From: Mizuhopecten yessoensis
Lineage: Eukaryota
Direction of reading: 5' to 3'
DNA: 36,169 nucleotides
Assembly (NCBI RefSeq): GCF_002113885.1
Contig: NW_018407955.1
Span: 800,480 to 836,648, forward strand
Of this stretch, positions 33,561 through 36,169 are shown one piece after another (position 1 is the stretch's first letter; each line of letters starts with the position of its first letter). A program made the position numbers and the translations under genes. The notes under the pieces are model-generated. The model searched no databases. It was not told where the DNA came from and worked only from the letters and a program-made list of their open reading frames with translations.

Positions 33561-35020
33561 ACCAGCTGTTCTACAGTAACATCTAGGATGAAAGTAAGGG
33601 GATATTACTGTGTATACGAAAAACCATGGTGCAGAGGGATAGTCTTAGTTGTCTTTGTTGATCAGTTTTAATCCTTTCATATCTAGTTTCAATTTTAAAT
33701 TTCAATATGTTTTGAAAATATGAAGATTTTCCTAAATTCGCTGTTAACCAAATTAACATTTCATCATTTGAGTCCTGGAAATTCATATCCTTACTAAGGA
33801 GGCACTGGGAAAGGTTGGTGTTTACTAAATCCATTGATATATGGAATGTTTACGCAGGATGGGTGAGTCTCCAAAATTCTTTTGTAAAATCTCTCTAAGC
33901 TGACCAATGATAGGGAGATTATGTTCTAATGGTCTCTAATTTAAAAGAGTGAAGCCTTGAAATTTGAAAAAATGTTTTAATTTGAGGAAAGCCTTGAGAG
34001 TTATAAAAGCCTTGAAATTTCTGTTTATACATATATACTTGTTGTACATCCTGGGATACATACATGTACAGAAGCCATTTAGGTAGCATGTGTGTAATTA
34101 AGATAATTAAAAACACCCCAATTAGTTGAGTTTCCTAAATAAAGCTTACGCAATTAATTGGTTTTACCAGTAATTTTTTTTCCTTACTTTTCTTCTACCG
34201 TGAACTTATCTGAGACTTCTAATAATAATAATAATATACAACATTTATATAGCGCTTTATATAATTTGTAAAATTACTCTAAGGCGTTTTACAACATACG
34301 GATAATAGTAATGGTTAAAATTGTGAAAACAAACAACAAAGCCTTGCAATCACTTTCATACATTTAACAAGCAATGTGCACATAATTGAACAAATAAAAG
34401 GGTGGTATTTACATGACGTCTTTGCAAAGATTCTAAAATTAATCAGAACCCTGTTTGACTCGAAAATGTTTGAAATATGTCTACTTTCTGCTGATATTGA
34501 TCGGTTATCACCAAATATTAGCCAAAATACCGAAGTGTCCCTTTCAGGGTACAGCTAGCACACCGATTCAAAGGCCTACGTAACGCTGATGGTATTTCGG
34601 GTTCTATTTATAGAACCACACACCTGAAATATCAACTTGTAATAGAAATGAAAAGTTGATATTATATATTTATGAAAAATGAACAAACATTTTTGAACTG
34701 ATAGTATGGTATAAAGAACATTGATATTTATCTAAAAAGTGTCCTGATTTGGGAACAGTGACGTTAAGTTAAAAAGTCTAATTGATTTTTGATGTGCATA
34801 GTTTTCCGGTCTTACATCCAAGATGGCCCCAATGGCATCTGATTGTCACATTTACCCTTGTAAAGCTTTTTTGGAAAACCCTTTTATACTTTCTGGGAGT
34901 AATACATCCTATAAATAAAATGACAGCATTTCAAATTTCTGGATTTAAGATGGCTTCCTTGGCCGCTTACTTTCAGAGAGATATTTACTGCCCTAGTTTA
35001 GTCCTATTGGGCCAATTTAT

Positions 35021-35102
35021 CTCATTCATCCCTGAAGACACATTTGAATGCTTCCAATTCAATGGTTGGAATAGTTCATTATGAAATTTCAGGGTGAATG
35101 GG
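35021..35102. mobile_element. TTAA-flanked hairpin mini-element, copy Z2
   Basis: ctcattcatccctgaagacacatttgaatgcttccaattcaatggttggaatagttcattatgaaatttcagggtgaatggg, flanked by TTAT / TTAA. Aligns with the rc of 3415-3497. Confidence 0.6.
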
Positions 35103-36169
35103 TTAAGCATTATTTTGTGAAAGAGCAGTTGCCATAAGCCTTTGTCGTTAAGAAGAAAATGTCATGAAAATTGGAACCCAATTTTTTTTAGTCTTAATTG
35201 AAAGCTTTTTTTGCTTGAACTGTCAGCTTTTATTACATAATTTAGAATACTATCACTGATAGCACAAGAGGGATTTACGGTATTTCATGATATCTACCTC
35301 ATATTTTAGAAACATGATATAGGCTTGAATTTATGGCTGCCACAAGGTAAATCCGCTTGGCACAGCTAGCCCTCACCATTCCATGTAGGAAATGGTTTGG
35401 TTAATAACTTATTATTATACCGGTAATTCATCCAGGTATAAAGATTTTCCAATGCCTTGGGTCATATGTGTATGGTAAAAAAGTCGTGCGAATCAATAAT
35501 GGTCCAATTAATGGGATTTTTTGATGTCACATGAACCAAACTTGTCATATTTGAGAACAAATATGATATCCATTTCTTTAAGGAAATATGTCGCCTCTGA
35601 TGGATGAGATTGGGAAGATAGGATATACTGGGTTTCACCGACCTACCCTATAGTTCGATCTATGCATGGTTTGTCTGACGATCAGAATTGAACCACTCAT
35701 AAAAGAGTTATGATGACATTCAGGAAAAAATAGAGAGTTCCACCACTTATTTACTATATACAGATGTTAAATTAAATTAGTAATTTCTCTGTTTAATTTA
35801 CATTAAAAGCTCACCTGGTCTGAAGGAACAAGGTGAGCTTATGTCATATTGGGCGCCGGTTGTCTATCCATCCATTTGTACGTTTAGAATCCCCACCTCC
35901 TAAAAAGCTTTCAACTGAATATGTTCAAGTCAAGAGTCGAGAAGCTTTATTTAACATCGCATATACATGTAACATAATAACATTAGCACTGTAGTGCTAT
36001 TCTTGCGACAAAACATATATAAAATTTAACAAGGATCACAGTACTTATGAATATATATAAACATAAAAACAGGACAACAATTCAAATTAGATATATGCTA
36101 AAATTATACAGTAGAGCATATCATATCACACTTGAATGTCACACAAGTGTTACAAAAGACAAGTTAAGA

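Noticed and set aside
1-36169. Prokaryotic-style novel system (defence island, operon, CRISPR array)
   Set aside because: The sequence is eukaryotic. It has short exons with GT-AG introns, SINE/LINE/MITE content, a TATA promoter and no long ORFs. No CRISPR-like regularly spaced repeats are present.

Overview
This window reads as nuclear DNA of a metazoan, probably an invertebrate and possibly a mollusc. It is AT-rich, has GT-AG introns, a TATA promoter and many SINE, MITE and LINE remnants. It is not a prokaryotic locus, and I found no defence-island or operon-type system. The main feature is a multi-exon gene on the minus strand encoding the N-terminal ~540 residues of major vault protein (MVP). 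I mapped 17 coding exons from an ATG at 20386 down to an exon at 1190-1249. Reading phase is conserved across every junction, all splice sites are GT/AG, and the translation is colinear with vertebrate MVP vault repeats through the ...LAYNWHFE motif. The 3' part of the gene (shoulder and cap-helix domains) lies beyond the window start. A TATA box sits at 20429-20436 and an ISRE-like GGAAGTGAAACT lies just upstream of it. The MVP introns are packed with repeats. Three full copies of a tRNA-derived SINE lie in gene orientation. There is a MITE with ~70-bp TIRs and a 9-bp TSD, and small TTAA-flanked hairpin elements. There is a foldback element with ~110-bp arms and a 146-bp tandem-repeat element ending in an ACGG-rich tract plus hairpin. 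There is also a CR1/L2-like LINE C-terminal fragment. The upstream intergenic region (20.6-36.2 kb) holds a 5'-truncated CR1/L2-like LINE RT with one in-frame stop, and a composite SINE-containing repeat present twice, one copy carrying a 30-nt poly-C tract. It also holds a nested retroelement with an (AATC)n tail, a near-perfect 125-bp palindrome, a 46-bp minisatellite, and microsatellites. I could not support a second protein-coding gene. The ORFs longer than 60 aa in the six-frame track are exon-plus-intron read-through, TE ORFs or noise.
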